A stretch of 63,568 bases of DNA, the filler included, from Bigelowiella natans CCMP2755 (lineage: Eukaryota > Protista > Cercozoa), in NCBI GenBank assembly GCA_000320545.1. It is 13 parts of 13 records of this genome, joined end to end, with 100 filler letters (N's around TTAATTAATTAA, not from the genome) between each part and the next. Parts side by side here need not be neighbours in the genome. Positions count along the whole stretch, not along the records: positions 2,305 to 21,600 come from ADNK01003524.1; positions 21,701 to 22,839 come from ADNK01003729.1; positions 22,940 to 25,227 come from ADNK01001064.1; positions 25,328 to 28,946 come from ADNK01003647.1; 9 more parts are not named here. The stretch is one strand, 5' to 3'. How positions within the stretch are numbered: the first letter of the stretch is position 1; each line of letters starts with the position of its first letter. Shown piece after piece: positions 12,521 through 26,199 of the stretch. Under the pieces are notes generated by a model. It made no database searches. It saw only the letters and a list, made by a program, of their open reading frames with translations, and was not told the origin of the DNA. Made by a program: the position numbers and the translations under genes.

Positions 12521-14720
12521 AATGATGATAATGATGATAATGGTGGTGTGATAGTCATGTCGTTTCCGTGCCGAGCCATTTTTCCTTGTTTAGTGGTGGG
12601 GGGGAAAGACAGATCAATGAATTCGGTTTATACACAGCCTCAGCACCTTGCATCCTGTCCGCCCCCCTCGTGGTTGGTATGCCCTGATGCTATCCTTCTG
12701 TGTATTCTACCGGCTGCGGCAGAAGAATCTGCCAACGTGGTCTCGCTGCTGCCCCCCCCCCTAAAGCACAGTCTATGTCACACAACGGCAAGATGACAAC
12801 AGGATGGCAGTGCTGCCGTGTGAAGGGGAACAGCAGGAGCGGTGGCGGCAGCAGCAGGGCGAAAGAAGGTGCTATCGCATGCGAGGAACCTCAAAATCTC
12901 AGCAAAATCTGGAGGCTCGTCTTCGTGCCACTTGATCCAAACGCAAAATCTACCCAGAAGCACGGCAGACCGCGTAATCAGATGCGTGGTTATAATTCAA
13001 ATGGTAATTCTATCTATTCTTTCCCCCCTTTCTCCTCTCCTCCTCCTCCTCCTTACGTGAATCCTGCCGAGCCAGACCATTTATCGAGAGGGGGTGGGCG
13101 AAGGTAGCTCACTTTCCCTGAGAAAGAAAAGGCCTGCAAGAAGACAAATAAAGAAGAATTAAAAGGAATCGCCGATGATTATTTCAAATACAGCAGCGGC
13201 TATATTGTTGTTGTTGTTCTTCTTGTTGTTGTTGAGGCTGACGAGCTGATGACCTACGCAAATACATGCATATTTTCATTTAGCTTTGCTTGTCTATAAG
13301 GCACCATGTGGGGGGGATAGGCAACACCACTTCCGGAGGGCAGCTGCAAATCGGTACAACAACGGACGAAAGTGAGTAATGAGAGGATATGAAACAAAGA
13401 GCGGGATGTAGAAGCAAATTTAGATGGAGTAGGAGATAATGCCCACCTTGGCCATATCCCTAAATGTGGCTAGGATCAGCCTACGCCACACATCAAGAGT
13501 GGTGTCACCAAAAATATTAGCGCAAGTGCAGCATTTTCCGTGATTTAATTTAACAATTATCAGGTTTTTTTTTTCCTTCTTCTTCTTCTTCTTCTTCTTC
13601 ATAAAACCTTGCCAACTCCGGCCTTACATGTCCTTCTATGACGCTTTGGATCAAAGCAAGCATTCCCCGTAGCGCCTTTACAGTCCTGATCATGATGAGA
13701 ATGAGATGAGTTCGTGATAGTTCAACATTCGAGGCGGTGGAGCCCCTGCATGTCCCCATTTGCATATGCGGGGACCAACGAAACTTGCACTAAAGCTGCT
13801 GCCGCGATTTTCCTTGCTAGGCGTATTCTCACATCGAGGTTCGCCCGAGTCTCCCCACGATCCAGACAATTTTCGCGTGTAAGCTCGCCGCCACCTGCGC
13901 GTTATTAGCCGAAACGGGGTTAAGTAGTCACCAAAGCAAAGACCCGGTGTGTACATCTAACCTCGTCTGGAAGATGCTCGCTGTTAACGGAATGCGTCAG
14001 CACTGCCACCATACGCTCTAGGGCGACGGGCATGTGGGTGAACCACGACGGAGAGCATTCAATTATGCGATGCAAAACCTGTTGGGTAGTGCAATGCAAG
14101 AAGGAAGCAGACGCTGAGGGAAGGTGCCGAACTTCCTCTGGCAAGGAAAGGGCCTGAGGGGAGATTCAGAGGAACATTTAAGCTTACATCCATCGCTTGG
14201 AGCTTGTCCTGGGGGGCGAGCGAAGGTAGCTTCTCGATGATCGTGGCCAGGATTTCTTCCCTCTGAGAGGCAGAAAAAAAAACATATCATTACTCCGTGA
14301 CGACGCTATCTTTCACCCAGTATAAGAACTACCTTAGTGTGCTCGCATGTTGTGTGGCAGAGCGACTTTGCCAGGGCCAACAGGCCTGATAATTTGCCGA
14401 GGTCCACCGGAGGAGGCCTCCTCTGCGCCTGGAGCTTGTCTTCTTTCCCCCCATTTCGCTTCCGCCGCATTCTGTACAAGTGCTCGGAACGACCCGATGA
14501 CGAGGAGCGGTGGATCCGTTCGGAACTCTAACAGATTTCAGCTCATCGCACCCTCAGCTACCTTTGGTGAGAGTTGCTTTAGCTCCCTGACCGGCCTCGG
14601 GTCTTTTTGTGTTTGTTTTTGAAAACGGAGGAAGGACACGAAAAGACCAGAAAATTTAGATATTTTCGGTATTATATTTGCATTCGTACCGCCCCGGAAG
14701 CACGCCGCTGACGCGAGCAT
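2305..14720 (-). CDS. BEACH-domain (neurobeachin/LRBA-like) protein, multi-exon, 3' end (expected WD40 region) lost at contig end
   Basis: BEACH motifs [89 protein letters not shown]. ConA-like RWHFLCISH...FQGQIASAY. GT-AG intron at ~3651-3848 joins DPQR|LKQV. The 5' boundary is approximate. Confidence 0.93.
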
Positions 14721-15103
14721 GCATTTCGTCCTTCGAAGGAATGGTATGTTTTATCGGTGATATATCCTAAAAGACTTATGCTTGTTTTTTTTTCTGAGCA
14801 ACCAAAAAGCCCCTTATTTTCCTTCTTTTCGCATTAAAAAAAAGCCCGTATTATTTTTTTTGACTCTGTGCGACGACATATTTCAACTTGGCCAACGGTT
14901 AGTGTCCAGGTGGGGTACGCCGCCACCCCTGCCGCATTCTCGTCGCTCCTGAACTCCTCACGGATGCCCCTTTCCATGATTTGTTGCAGAAACTCACGGA
15001 ACTGTGCGCGGCGGGGCCGGGATGAGTGAGGAAGGTAGACCTTGAAGCGCGGAAATTCTCGCGGATACACAAGAGCGCTGAGAGGATGAGGAGGCGTGAA
15101 GAA

Positions 15104-16272
15104 ATGAACGCCAAACGAATGGCAACAACGCTCATTATGGCGGTTTGCGTTCTGTGTTTTATGGCCACTACCATCCAGCATCATCAGACAGATTCTATAT
15201 CATTCTTCACGACAAGGCGTCACGGTACTCAAGCGCGTCCAAAGACAGAAATGGAGGCTGCACACCCTCCCCACCTCCTGGGATCTGGACTTGGGAGAGT
15301 GGCGAGAAGTGCTGCCTCTCTTCCGCTAAGATTTGGTGGGTTCGCATTGCGTGTTTTAGGCTTGGGGTCCCTGCCGCGCTTTCTACAGAGAAACGTGGTG
15401 AGGATCGCCCGCAGCACGCCCCTCCTCAACCGCAAGGGGGGGGGGAAGCAACCCCAGATTAAGAAGGGGAGGCACTACTTCTACCAGGATGAAATAAACG
15501 AGGACTGGCACCTTTGCCGCGTCCTCAACATGGCTCCTGGGAGACGACGATCGGCCAAGGGGAAGATGGTGGAGGTGGTGCGGGAGATCGATGGGAACCG
15601 TAGACAGATCCCGAGCACTAGACTCGTGGCTGCGGAGCCTGCTGGAATCGGTCCGTTTCTCACAGCCATGCTGCAGAACAACGCCACCGCCATGGAGCAG
15701 CACACGCCTCCGCAATCTAAGGCGACCATAACGATGAGACACAAGTGGGTTAACCACAAGGACCCCTTTGACCGCACGCCTTTGTTTCATGCGGCCAGGT
15801 TGGGGAACTTCGAGGCCCTCAAATGGCTTCTCAAGAACGGCGCCGATGTTGCGGCCAGACAGCGACAGGTGATGGTGTTGGTGGTGGTGGTGGTGGTGTA
15901 GATGCTCGATGCGAATGCATCCTTAGCTCTGGCTGCGGCCGGCCGTAGTTTCTTGCTACTATTTTGATCTCTTCGTGCGTTGTTGTTCTTGTCATTCTCA
16001 TCATTATTTCAGGGAGCTAGTGCACTCGACGTAGCTTGCCAGCGTGGTGACATTGACATGGTCAAGGAGCTCCTGGCGTCGGGCGCATCGCCTAACAAAG
16101 ACGTCCCAGCACTAGATCATGCGGAGCACAGCCCCGAGGACCTCGACATCACGCCGCTCTACATGGCCTCTCAAGGGGGTTATCTGGAAATCGTCAATCT
16201 CCTCCTCGATCACGGTCGTAGTTAGGATGGTTGCGATGTGTTTGCCTTTGTGTGTCCGGGGGGGGAAGGGGC

Positions 16273-16321
<49 letters not shown>

Positions 16322-18021
16322 TCGTGTGCTGTCACCAGTGTCATCATCTCCCTCTTTCATAACCATTATTCGAGCAATAAATTGACTGCCGCCAAATCTA
16401 GGCGCTGACCCCAATCGTCGTCGCACGATCACGCACCCCACGCTTGGCAGGCAATATGGAGGTGCTGCTGCTGCTTCTTCTTCTTCTTCTTCTTCTTTCC
16501 GCAAAAGCAACATATAATCAATACATAACATCGAGCTTCTGCTCTGCCGTGGACGTTGGTGTTGCTCTGGAACGCATCTCAGTTTTTCCCTTCTTTTTTT
16601 CCTCACTCATTTGTGTTAGGAAGCCCTCTGTACATCGCGAGCCAGTATGGGTTCGTCGACATCGCGCGTCTTCTCATTGAGCGCGGGGCAGACGTGAGGC
16701 AGCTCGTCACGTACGGCGAGGCTTACTCAGGTAGCAACGGTGCATCCATCGTGGCCAGCGTTAATGGCGGATTTTGATTGCAGTTGATATGTGTATGTGC
16801 GTGTGCGTGTGTGTGTGTGTGTGTGCTCGCGGATGTGTCATCGCTAGGAGCCAGTGCGTTGTACATTGCTTGCTTTCGGAACCATCCGCGACTGGCGGAG
16901 TTGCTGCTGGAGCAGGGCGCAGACCCCAACCAACCGATCGCCAATGGGTAGTCTTTGATCGCACAGCAGGATGGCCCGCTCAAACAGAGCCGTGCCTAAA
17001 AAATACACCGATGATTTCTGCCTGGCCATCGCTCGTTCAAATCGACCTCTCTTTCTCTCTATCTCTCTCTCGCAAGTTCCACCATTTCGGGTCGTTATTC
17101 TGGAAGTTTTTGGTGTAGGATTTTTGACATGTCCTGCACCGGCCGTTGAGAAAGTCTTCCATTCTCACAGCAATGCCATAGTGGCGAGACGCCATCAACA
17201 ATCTCGTCGTCGATAGATGAGTCCTCGATCGTCGTCCCTGCTACTACTGCTGCGACGATCGATGAGCGTCTGCTGATGACGAGATATGATGCTTTGGAAC
17301 GGAGCAGCAGCCCACACGCACACACAAAACTGAAATGAGAATCCCCCATTTTCTTCAACGTTGATGAGAAGAGCGTAACCAGCCAAAGCCGAAGCGTGTG
17401 TCAAATTGATTCTGCCTTTGCTCTTTGCTGCAACCTCCCTCCTCCTCCTCCTACTACTACTACTACTTCTACTACTACTAACTACTTCTGCTGCCTTTAG
17501 CAACACGCCCCTTCATGCTTGCGCGGAGAAATGCGAGGACTGCGACCAGCTCATCACCAACTTTGCCAAGGCAGGAGCCGCGCTGTTCGCTGTAAACAAT
17601 GACGGGATGACCGCTTTGCACGTCGCCGCGCGAGTGTCAAATCTGGAGGCGATGAACACGCTGCTTTCCATCTCAGCCCCCGACGCCGCTGGCGGCGACG
17701 AGAGCGACAGCCACGGAAATAACCGACTTCACCCGCGCGTCCAAGAGTTCCAGTACAATGCGGCAGATGTGGGTACTTACATCCCAGATGACAGAGAAGT
17801 TCCTGACGGAGGAGGAAGCGAAGAAGATGAAGGAACCACGCCTTTGATGGTGGCCGCCCGGAATGGCCAGGCGGACGCGCTGCGGCTGCTGCTGCACCAC
17901 GGCGCGCAGGTCAACATGCAGGTGAGAACAACCCGCGACCGTCGTATAGGAAGATGCTTTGATGAGATTTGAATGACAAGTGTTTACACATACGCGCCCA
18001 CGACATACACGCATATAAATT

Positions 18022-18075
<54 letters not shown>

Positions 18076-18736
18076 TCCTCCTCGCCAAAAAAAAAAAAGA
18101 AAAAAAACAAACCGAGAAAAAAGGAAGAAGAAGCGGAAGAAGAAGAAAAGGCACTACATTGGGAAAGTGACCCGCCGGGAGTGGGCGAGCGCCTCTACTT
18201 TCAACAACGCCTGAATTGCCCTGCCCTGCCCTCCATCAGAACTCACGGGGAATGTCGGCGCTGCTCTTCGGCGCGCTCGCGGGAGAAGAAGAAGCCTGTC
18301 ACATTCTCCTGCAAAACGGGGCTGACCCCAATCTAGGTCTATTTGCCCCTGATATCGCCGGGCAGCAGCAGCAGCAGCAGCAACAACAACAAGACGACGA
18401 CGATGATGAGCAGCAGCAAGAACCGATCACGCCCCTCTGGGCGGCCGTCCAAATGGGGCTGCTGTCTGTCGTTAAGGCGATGGGGAAGGGCGGCATCGCA
18501 GGTACTACCCGACAGTGCGACGTACTTCACCCGTAACATCGCCGAACGCGTGTTGCTTGCGGCTGTTGATGCCGTCTTTAGTTTCACCATCATTACCATC
18601 ATTATCATCATCATCATCATCACCATCACCATCATCATCATCATCTATATATCATCAATATCATCATCATCCGTATTGATCGACTGTGGCAGGAATATCG
18701 ATGCCATCCGTGCTTCAGCGCGCGCCCATACTCTCT

Positions 18737-18805
<69 letters not shown>

Positions 18806-18979
18806 CACACCTCCGACAGACAAAATTACATGCGTAAAATACCCTATTTCAGACTTCCAAGTATCGACTCCGCTCTATGGCGGGCTGACTCTCAGGGCCG
18901 TGTGTCTGGACACGTACGTCGTTAAGAAGGAGGAAAGAACAGAAAAAGAAAGATCTCAACAAACACCACCACACCGCAG

Positions 18980-19010
<31 letters not shown>

Positions 19011-20132
19011 CACGTATTCTCAGGGAACAGGAAGAAATGCTCGAATACGTCCTTGATATGGTAACCAACGCTCTGTTCTCTTCGCCCCCCCCCTCCCCCC
19101 CCCTCCTTCCTCTCGCTCTCGTTCCGCGTATTCTGAGCCGATGCATGGTGCGTCTCGATAGGGAAGCGATCCGAACGATGTGCCTATCCACGGTCCCAAA
19201 GTTTCGCCACTGATGGTTGCTGCCGACAGGGTAAGAGCAGCAGCCGCGTACCATGCCTCTCTCGCAATTCGAAAGCCAGAAAATGAGAGGGAATAGGCAA
19301 ATGAGTGAAGAGGGAGGGGGGGGGGGAGAAGGGGGCTTCACACTGGCGAAATCGTTGCGCAAAGCTGACGTTAGAGGCATCTGATGGTATGTTTTGCTTG
19401 TTTGTGTGCACCATCGTCAGGGATGGGAGGCATCAACTGTGATCTTGATTACCAAGGTACGGCGCCACCGTGATGATAACGACGTCGGAAGGAAGAAACG
19501 GAAGGAGGGGAGGGGGCGTGTTCCGCATTCAATTTTGTTTATTTGTTTTTAAGAAGAAATAGAGATCAATCGGGGGTGTACGTATGTGGTAGTTGTCTTT
19601 TTGGTTTTGGGGGCCATACGTGTGTGCTTATGTGGACGGGTGTATGCGCGATATTCATGCAAAATAAAAGCGTCCAGAACGGACGTTCTAAGTTTTCTAA
19701 GAAGGGGGGGGGGGGGGGGGGGGGGGGATATGATATTGAATACATTTTGAGTCAATATGGGATTAGAGATGAGGGGCTGCTGTGCTCTTTGGTCATCAGG
19801 GCCACACAAACGTCGCAAGGCTGCTTTTAGATGCTGGAATCGACAAATTCGTCGCGAACAGTGAAGGCGAAACGGCACTCAGTGTCGCCCAGAAGCATGC
19901 CCACAAGGAGGTAGGCAGGCAGGCTCATCACTCGGAATATGTTAATATGTAGAGTTCGTTAGGTGCGACGGTGCAAATAATAATAACAACAACAACAACA
20001 ACAGTATTAGTTTCATTTTCTGTGGTTGTTACCTCATCGCGTTGTTCGCAGGACAGCAAATCACTGATAAACAAACATTTCAATACAACACATAGCGAGT
20101 ACATATATTCATACACACACACGCACATACAC

Positions 20133-20171
<39 letters not shown>

Positions 20172-20254
20172 TCATGACTCGATTCTCTTTGGCGGTCTCA
20201 TGTAAACACATTTTTTGGTTGCAGCTTGCACAAGTGCTCTCCAGCGATGAGTGA
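15104..20254 (+). CDS. Ankyrin-repeat protein with hydrophobic N-terminal leader, multi-exon
   Basis: Repeated ANK motifs across exons: RTPLFHAARLGN, ITPLYMASQGGY, GMTALHVAARVSN, GTTPLMVAARNGQ, GETALSVAQKHAH. Last exon LAQVLSSDE* ends at 20254. Confidence 0.88.
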
Positions 20255-20399
20255 TAATACCCGTCACATACCTCTCCCTCTATCGCGCACGGGGTTATAT
20301 TCGTCAAAGCTCACGGTGGGGGGGAACACACAGAGCCCCAACTTCGCATGATAGTCCATAGAAAATGAGCGGCAGTGCCGACGATATTTTGTGATTTTT

Positions 20400-21000
20400 G
20401 TAGCACCAACGAAGCGTGATGAGTCTAGGAGTTGTTTAGCACAGCATAGAGCCTCCATTGCCAGGATATATAAGATACTGTGCGTTTTGTAATTTTCAAT
20501 TACTATCATAGCAAGACAATCATGACATACTGTGATTGTACTCTCTCTTGACGTACATATGCATAGCCGTAACCGCAAACAAACGACAATAGTAACGAAT
20601 GCACAGCTAGTTGTCCAAAGCATTGAGTTGCCATGATGATCACCACGCTACGCACCAGTCTTCTAGCTAGCTAGCTAGACATGCTAACATCAAAGTAGCC
20701 CAACCCGCATGTGACATCGTAGCCGAGCTAGGAAGATGAAATGCTGCCTCGCTAGCTCGTACTAGCGCGGGCGGGACTCTCTACATAGCACTAGAGCAGC
20801 GTGTAGCTTGCTGTGCTTTTACAGGTGCTAATTATATAATTATATAAGCAGCTAGACAGGCTTCTGTCACAAACCCGCTGTCTGGCAGCAGCTTCACAGT
20901 CTGCGCATATACACAGCATGCGTGCAATACTATCATGATGGCTATATTCAGCTGCGATGGTAGAGTGTGTGCCTTCTATTAGGGAATAACCATTTTAATC
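20400..21000. other. CTAG micro-insertion island 1
   Basis: ctcg-CTAG-ctcg 20748-20759, agca-CTAG-agca 20787-20798, (CTAG)4 20663-20678. Rich in TGCA and CATG. Confidence 0.8.
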
Positions 21001-21118
21001 GTGCAGGCGAGTAGCGCTTTGAACGCGAAAGGGCACTATTTGCACACCTGTAAAACAGTCCTCGGAATCACGCGTAGGCCGCCGGCCGGCCGCACCACAC
21101 GCACGGCCACGATGCGGC

Positions 21119-21456
21119 TTAAACCTCGCCAGCCTCTCGGAATAGATGTATTCTTCCTCTGTCAGAAAAGGAAGGGGTGGCCTGCAGCACATGCGCTCCG
21201 CGCTGAGTAGGCTCAGTTATAAATATACGCCCCGGAGTTCCGTTCGCTTCGGCCGCCTGGAAGGAGTGAGGAGGGGGGGGGAAGGGGGAGGACGATTGGG
21301 TCAGACGAGGAGAAGAGGCATCTCGTGATGGTCGTTGATTCTCTGCATGTTCTATACTATTGTGACCGCCGCCGTCTTCGTCGACGTTATCGCTACGCAA
21401 ACCATACCTTCGCCATTGCATCCGCTACTGCTTGCTCGTTGCGCTCTTCCTGCCTC
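21119..21456 (-). CDS. 3' exons of a hypothetical protein
   Basis: AG/GT-bounded exon-like pieces RQEERNEQAVADAMAK and AAEANGTPGRIFITEPTQRGAHVLQ. No recognised family. Confidence 0.35.
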
Positions 21457-21503
21457 TGAGTGAACACGTCACCGGCCGCACTACCTGCGGATTATTTATA
21501 TAT

Positions 21504-21547
<44 letters not shown>

Positions 21548-21566
21548 GAGAGAGAGAGAGAGAAGA

Positions 21567-21600
<34 letters not shown>

Positions 21601-21700
21601 NNNNNNNNNNNNNNNNNNNNNNNNNNNNNNNNNNNNNNNNNNNNTTAATTAATTAANNNNNNNNNNNNNNNNNNNNNNNNNNNNNNNNNNNNNNNNNNNN

Positions 21701-22127
21701 TGCCTTATCATACTCGTGCACCCTATTCGAGGTAGCTATTACGGCTAAAATCAGCAGGTTTCCGGCGGTATCAAGCACACCCATTGCGATCTACAACAAA
21801 TACAACAAGTCACAACAGCTATCGAGGGGAAGGGGGGGGGGGGAGCGGGGGCGCTGCACACGCAGAGGTCATAAAACACCGATGTGCTGAGAGACGCGAG
21901 ATGCAATATTCTCTCCAGTCGGTAAGATGATATGAGAGTGTTCTCAGCCGAGACTATTCGTTGTAGCGCTAGTTTTGATGGTGGGGATTTGCATCCAAAC
22001 CAAAGCTACTAGAGGAGGGGGGGAGGGTGGCATTCACACTTCCGGTGATAATGATGAAACAAGCTCATCACGGCGTTGTTATAGGTCATGTTTGATGCCG
22101 TAATACAAGAGACAAATGGGTCGTCTT
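21701..22127 (-). CDS. Possible MFS-type membrane transporter fragment
   Basis: Exon after an AG reads IAMGVLDTAGNLLILAVIA, resembling the GxLDxxGN helix of MFSD4-like transporters. Very short. Confidence 0.3.
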
Positions 22128-22131
22128 CTAA

Positions 22132-22162
<31 letters not shown>

Positions 22163-22227
22163 CCCCTTGACTGCAGATTGAGATGGGGAGCGAGTATACT
22201 TCGCGCTTTACAGAGCAGTAGTGTCAA

Positions 22228-22277
<50 letters not shown>

Positions 22278-24619
22278 GCACCCACGCACACGTTCCAGGA
22301 GGGGCGTTGTGTGATTGTGTCGTTTGTTGTAATAAAGCGTATACTGTCGTTTGCCCCCCCCCCCCCCCCCCCCTTTCCCTTTTTTTTTCCTTGTATTCCC
22401 CCAAAAAGGGATTTAAAATCTGCCCTTGGGGACCAGGAACAAAAAAAATGAATCAAATTTTTTCCCCCTGGAAAAAAATCGAAAAAAAAAAAAAAAAATT
22501 TTTTTTTATGGTCTAGAAAAATGGCCCAAAAATTGGGGGGTTTTTAAACCCCAAAAAAAAAATATATAAATATATAACGCCATATCTTTCCCCGGGTTTT
22601 TTTTAAAACGTGGGTGTGGGGGTTAAGCTCCGTAGCCCCCCAAACCCAAGTGACCCCGGTACAAGGGGGATAAACCCCCCCATCATTTTAGTTTTCTCCC
22701 CATTCCCGGTGTGCCTCCCTTCCAATGGGCATCCCCCGAAGAAAGACCCAGAATTTTTCCTGTCCCAAAAAAAACAAATTTTACGTTGAATAAAGTTTTT
22801 GGGAGGGGGAAATAAAAACCCCCGGGGAAATTCCCCCCCNNNNNNNNNNNNNNNNNNNNNNNNNNNNNNNNNNNNNNNNNNNNTTAATTAATTAANNNNN
22901 NNNNNNNNNNNNNNNNNNNNNNNNNNNNNNNNNNNNNNNTCCTCCTCCTCCTCCGCTCTACCCCCTAACCCCCCTTTTTATTCTTCTTCTTCTTCTTCTT
23001 CTTCTTCTTCTTCTTCTTCTTCTGCTTCCTGCTTCAGCTGCTGCTCTAATAGTAATAAACAACAATACCTACAACTAACACTGCTACTGCTACTACTACT
23101 ACTAATACTACTACTAGAACCTGTTTTCTTCCTGGGATATTCTCATAGGAGAATACGATGAGGCAACATGTTGTCGTTGTTGTTGTTGTTCTCGAGCCCT
23201 TCTGCGGTTACTATAAGCTCCCTCTCCCCTTCCTCCTCCTCCTCCTCCTCCTCCTCCTCCTCCTCCTCTTCCTTCATATCTATCTCGTCCCTTTCCTGGG
23301 CCTACCCTCCCTCCCTCCCCGCTACCGGAGAGTAGGGAGAAATTCGGTTTTGAATACTCAATTTCTATCGTGCCGTCCCTGATGATCCCACCCTTCGTTG
23401 AGAGGAGAGGGAAAGATTGAACAGGGCGGCCGAGGAGGGGGGGAGGGGAAGGGGGAGCAGAGAGATTGTGTCAGCGGGGGGGGGTAGCGCGAATATATGG
23501 TGATTCCTTTCTTACGACGACCGTGAGAGATTATACACCGAATATCATCATGCCAGTAGTCAGGCAGTAGCACCATCTTACACAAAGGTCAATCCTACTA
23601 AAAAGAGCAAGCACGATAACACCACACACCACCCACGTTACACCTTTCCCCCCTCATAGGCTTTCTTGGCGCTCTCTACAGATGCGAAGTTGACGAACCC
23701 GAAGTCACGCTGAGCGAGATGTAGTGCGTGTGAAAATGATGGTGATGACGATGGCGATGATAGATGGATAGAGAAAGGTGAATATTGACCCGTTTGCCGC
23801 CTTTCGAGACAGCGACTCGTGCCTCCTCAACCTTGGCGAATTTGCCGAAAAACGACCTGCTCGTCATTATAATCGTCATCAGTTTTATCATCACTACCAT
23901 TATCGTAATTAGGAGCAGTGCCAACAACAAAAACACCACCACCAACAACAACAACAACAAGCATCGCTTCCACGGCGAGAGAGCAGGATGTAGGAAAGGG
24001 GAAAGGAAATGAAACAATACACCGTGCAAAGGATCAAGGAGGGACGCCCACACATTCAACAACAACAACAACAACAACAACAAAAGGTATGTGACACATT
24101 TTGTGTGTGTTTTGTGTTTGTGTGTGTGTGCTTTTGTGTTTGTGTTATCACCGAAGATCTTCCGAATTGGTCTCAGGACCGAATCCTTTCACATAGAGCA
24201 CGTTGGATGGTGGAGACGACGACGATGACGACGAAGACGATGGCAACGGCGGAATCCTCTTCCCAGCCCCTTTTGGCGAGAAAGATGACGACGATGGTGA
24301 TGGTACTTCTTTCCCTCCTCCTCCTCTTTCTCTTTCTCTATTCGATGAGTTCTGGGAGGGTTGGGAGTGTGGCAGTGGGGGGAAGTGAGAGATAGCGAGA
24401 GAGGAAGAAGAGAAAGAGCGAATGGGGGGGAGCGGGGGAGAGGGAGTGATGCTGCTGCTGCAGCTGCTGCTGCTGATGAGACTGATGGTGGAAATAGAGG
24501 ACGAGGAGAAGGAGGAAGTGGATATTCGCGAACTTTATTTTCTTCTATTTCTTCTTTTTCCTCTTCATTGGCGGTTGGTGGATAATGAGAGAAGGGAGTA
24601 GGCGTGGGGGTTTCAAATT

Positions 24620-24659
<40 letters not shown>

Positions 24660-24748
24660 AACGGTTTTATTTAAAGCTATGATGATGATGATGATGATGA
24701 CTGCTGCCAGAGGATGGAAAGCATGCGAACGCGGAGTAAAGAGGAGGA

Positions 24749-24779
<31 letters not shown>

Positions 24780-25334
24780 AGGGGAGATAGGGGCAACAGC
24801 GGCAGCAGCATATTCGCAGTGTTGGCGAGGACGGTGGTGGTAGTGACGACGATGACGAATGATGATGAAGATGATGATGATGATGATGATGATACCATTA
24901 TCATCACTACAATAATCTATTTCCTCTTCTTCTTCTTCTTCTTCTTCTTCTTCTTCTTCAGCTTATTTCACTACACTGTTGAAGGAGCCGCTATTTCCAC
25001 GGCTACTGCTCCCCCCCACCTTGCTGTCTGCTGCCCTCATCCTCACACCACCCATGTCGAGATTGGAAACACCAAGACGCCCGGAGGAGGAATCGTTCGG
25101 CTGGGGGGGGGGGGGGGGGGGGGGGGGGGAGGGAGGGGGGGGGGGAAACTCCTGCCAAAACCCCCACCACCATAATTGCCACCCCTGGGACCAAAGTTTT
25201 TCCCCCCCTTTACTAAAATCTTTATCCNNNNNNNNNNNNNNNNNNNNNNNNNNNNNNNNNNNNNNNNNNNNTTAATTAATTAANNNNNNNNNNNNNNNNN
25301 NNNNNNNNNNNNNNNNNNNNNNNNNNNTCCGTAG

Positions 25335-25489
25335 GTTCTCGTCCTCTGGCTTGCATTCTCATGCTTGATGTATCTCGCGGAGAAAGACCACAAGGGGACT
25401 GCACCTGACGATGACATCGTCGCGCATCCATACAACAACATGTTTGACTCGATGTGGTAGTAGTAGACAGTCCTGAGAGAAATTTGGGG

Positions 25490-25531
<42 letters not shown>

Positions 25532-25534
25532 TAG

Positions 25535-25571
<37 letters not shown>

Positions 25572-25863
25572 CTACTCTCACTCACAAATGCACGCACCGT
25601 GCACGCACTCGCTTTCCCCCAACCAAAACGACGCATTCGTCGAGCTCTTCAGCGTGTATCTGACTCGTCGCCCTGTTGGAAGGTACACGCTCCTTAACAT
25701 CACGGGTGAGTTTCCGCTCGGGGACTACAGCGTTTGGGGGAAGGTTATCGGCTTCTTCATGGTGATATTCGCCATTGAGTTGTACGGCGCGGCGTCCGGC
25801 GTTTTCGCGGAGGGGTTCCAAAGCACCGTCGAGAAGGTCGGGACTCGAAAGGACGTTTGGTAG
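25335..25863 (+). CDS. Ion-transport (K-channel-like) protein C-terminus: S5, pore helix, S6
   Basis: Exons 25335-25456 and 25683-25863 splice to VLVLWLAFSCLMYLAEKD...YNNMFDSMW|YTLLNITGEFPLGDYSVWGKVIGFFMVIFAIELYGAASGVFAEGF. Confidence 0.75.
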
Positions 25864-26199
25864 CTGCACGCCAAAAAAAAGAGCAAAGAAAGAAGTTTAC
25901 CAAGAGGGGGGGGGGGGGGGGGACGGGGTCAGCCAGGCACAGCGACGCTCAAGCATTCGGATAGAAGTGATAGCTAAGTGATCGATGAGCGCGTCTCTCT
26001 CGAGGAGGCAGTGGTCTGCACGTTTATTCAACCAAGAGCCTGCAAGGACAGCTCGGTTTTTCTAGGTAAATGCCTTCCTGTTAGAGTGTGTTGCGGTGCG
26101 GAGGCCTCGATTCTTTAGCATAATGGGCGGAGTGCCAATGTGAATGTTACAGACGACGTCTCCAAGCTGGAGAGCCTGCCTTTGACCATGTTTGCCTAT

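Noticed and set aside
16400-19500. Non-canonical GC/GA/GG splice donors in the ankyrin gene
   Set aside because: Phase-compatible GT donors exist nearby in each case I checked; this cannot be supported without cDNA.
22350-22839. Homopolymer-rich odd sequence (also ~2305-2460 and ~58590-58735)
   Set aside because: It looks like degraded read quality after poly-C/G tracts at contig ends.
22940-25227. Named gene in this contig (also 62267-63568)
   Set aside because: Only low-complexity or short exon-like pieces; no family can be supported.
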